DNA of 25,475 nucleotides from Oligoflexales bacterium (GTDB lineage Bacteria; Bdellovibrionota_B; Oligoflexia; Oligoflexales; Bog-1112): NCBI GenBank assembly GCA_045105515.1, contig JBGCDR010000143.1, positions 1 to 25,475 of the forward strand, read 5' to 3'. Shown piece by piece: positions 25,417 to 25,475 of this stretch (position 1 is its first letter; each line of letters starts with the position of its first letter). The notes under the pieces were generated by a model. It saw only the letters and a program-made list of their open reading frames with translations, ran no database searches and was not told where the DNA came from. The position numbers and the translations under genes were made by a program.

Positions 25417-25445
25417 CGTTATCCCCAGCAAAGTCGAGGGATCTC
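25417..25445. repeat. Degenerate REP-like palindromic element (CGTC-family-like)
   Basis: CGTT-ATCCC-CAGCAAAGTCGA-GGGAT-CTC resembles, from memory, the widespread GTCATCCCGAGCGAAGTCGAGGGATCT-type extragenic palindromes. Single copy in this window. Confidence 0.4.
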
Positions 25446-25457
25446 TCTTCCAGAAAT

Positions 25458-25475
25458 AAAAAAAGCCCCATCCGT
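25458..25475 (-). terminator. Probable 3' arm and U-tract of a rho-independent terminator, cut by the window edge
   Basis: Minus strand reads ACGGATGGGGC-TTTTTTT; the 5' arm would lie beyond 25475. Confidence 0.45.

Noticed and set aside
25344..25475. Open minus-strand frame of about 43 codons at the right edge as a partial CDS
   Set aside because: It runs through a terminator-like arm and a REP-like palindrome and has no recognisable motif; cannot be supported from this window.

Overview
Gene-dense, AT-leaning bacterial chromosomal window with about 20 credible CDSs. I saw no rRNA, tRNA, CRISPR array, transposase or integrase. The mix of genes suggests Bdellovibrionota/Oligoflexia or a related delta-type lineage (inference only): sigma54 activator, Cys-plus-TM CTERM protease, sigma28-like boxes before exported-protein genes, many lipoproteins. 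Recognisable core genes are an NtrC-family regulator, dprA coupled to a short TadA/VirB11-like ATPase, an MrfA/MrfB(YprA/YprB)-like helicase-exonuclease pair, lpxH, a ChaN-family protein, purN, fmt, glpK, two divergent Dpp/Opp-type permeases and an M4/M36-like metalloprotease. The most unusual element is a minus-strand two-gene unit at 1316-5057 in which both proteins have Sec-type signal peptides yet look like nucleic-acid enzymes. The first is an SF2 helicase with NCLDV D6/D11-like motifs fused to a C-terminal outer-membrane beta-barrel-like domain. The second has PPR repeats, an SMR-like domain and a eukaryote-type PAM2 (PABP-binding) motif near its C-terminus. Together they are a candidate exported effector module acting on eukaryotic RNA. 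All domain calls are by-eye motif recognition; no database searches were run.
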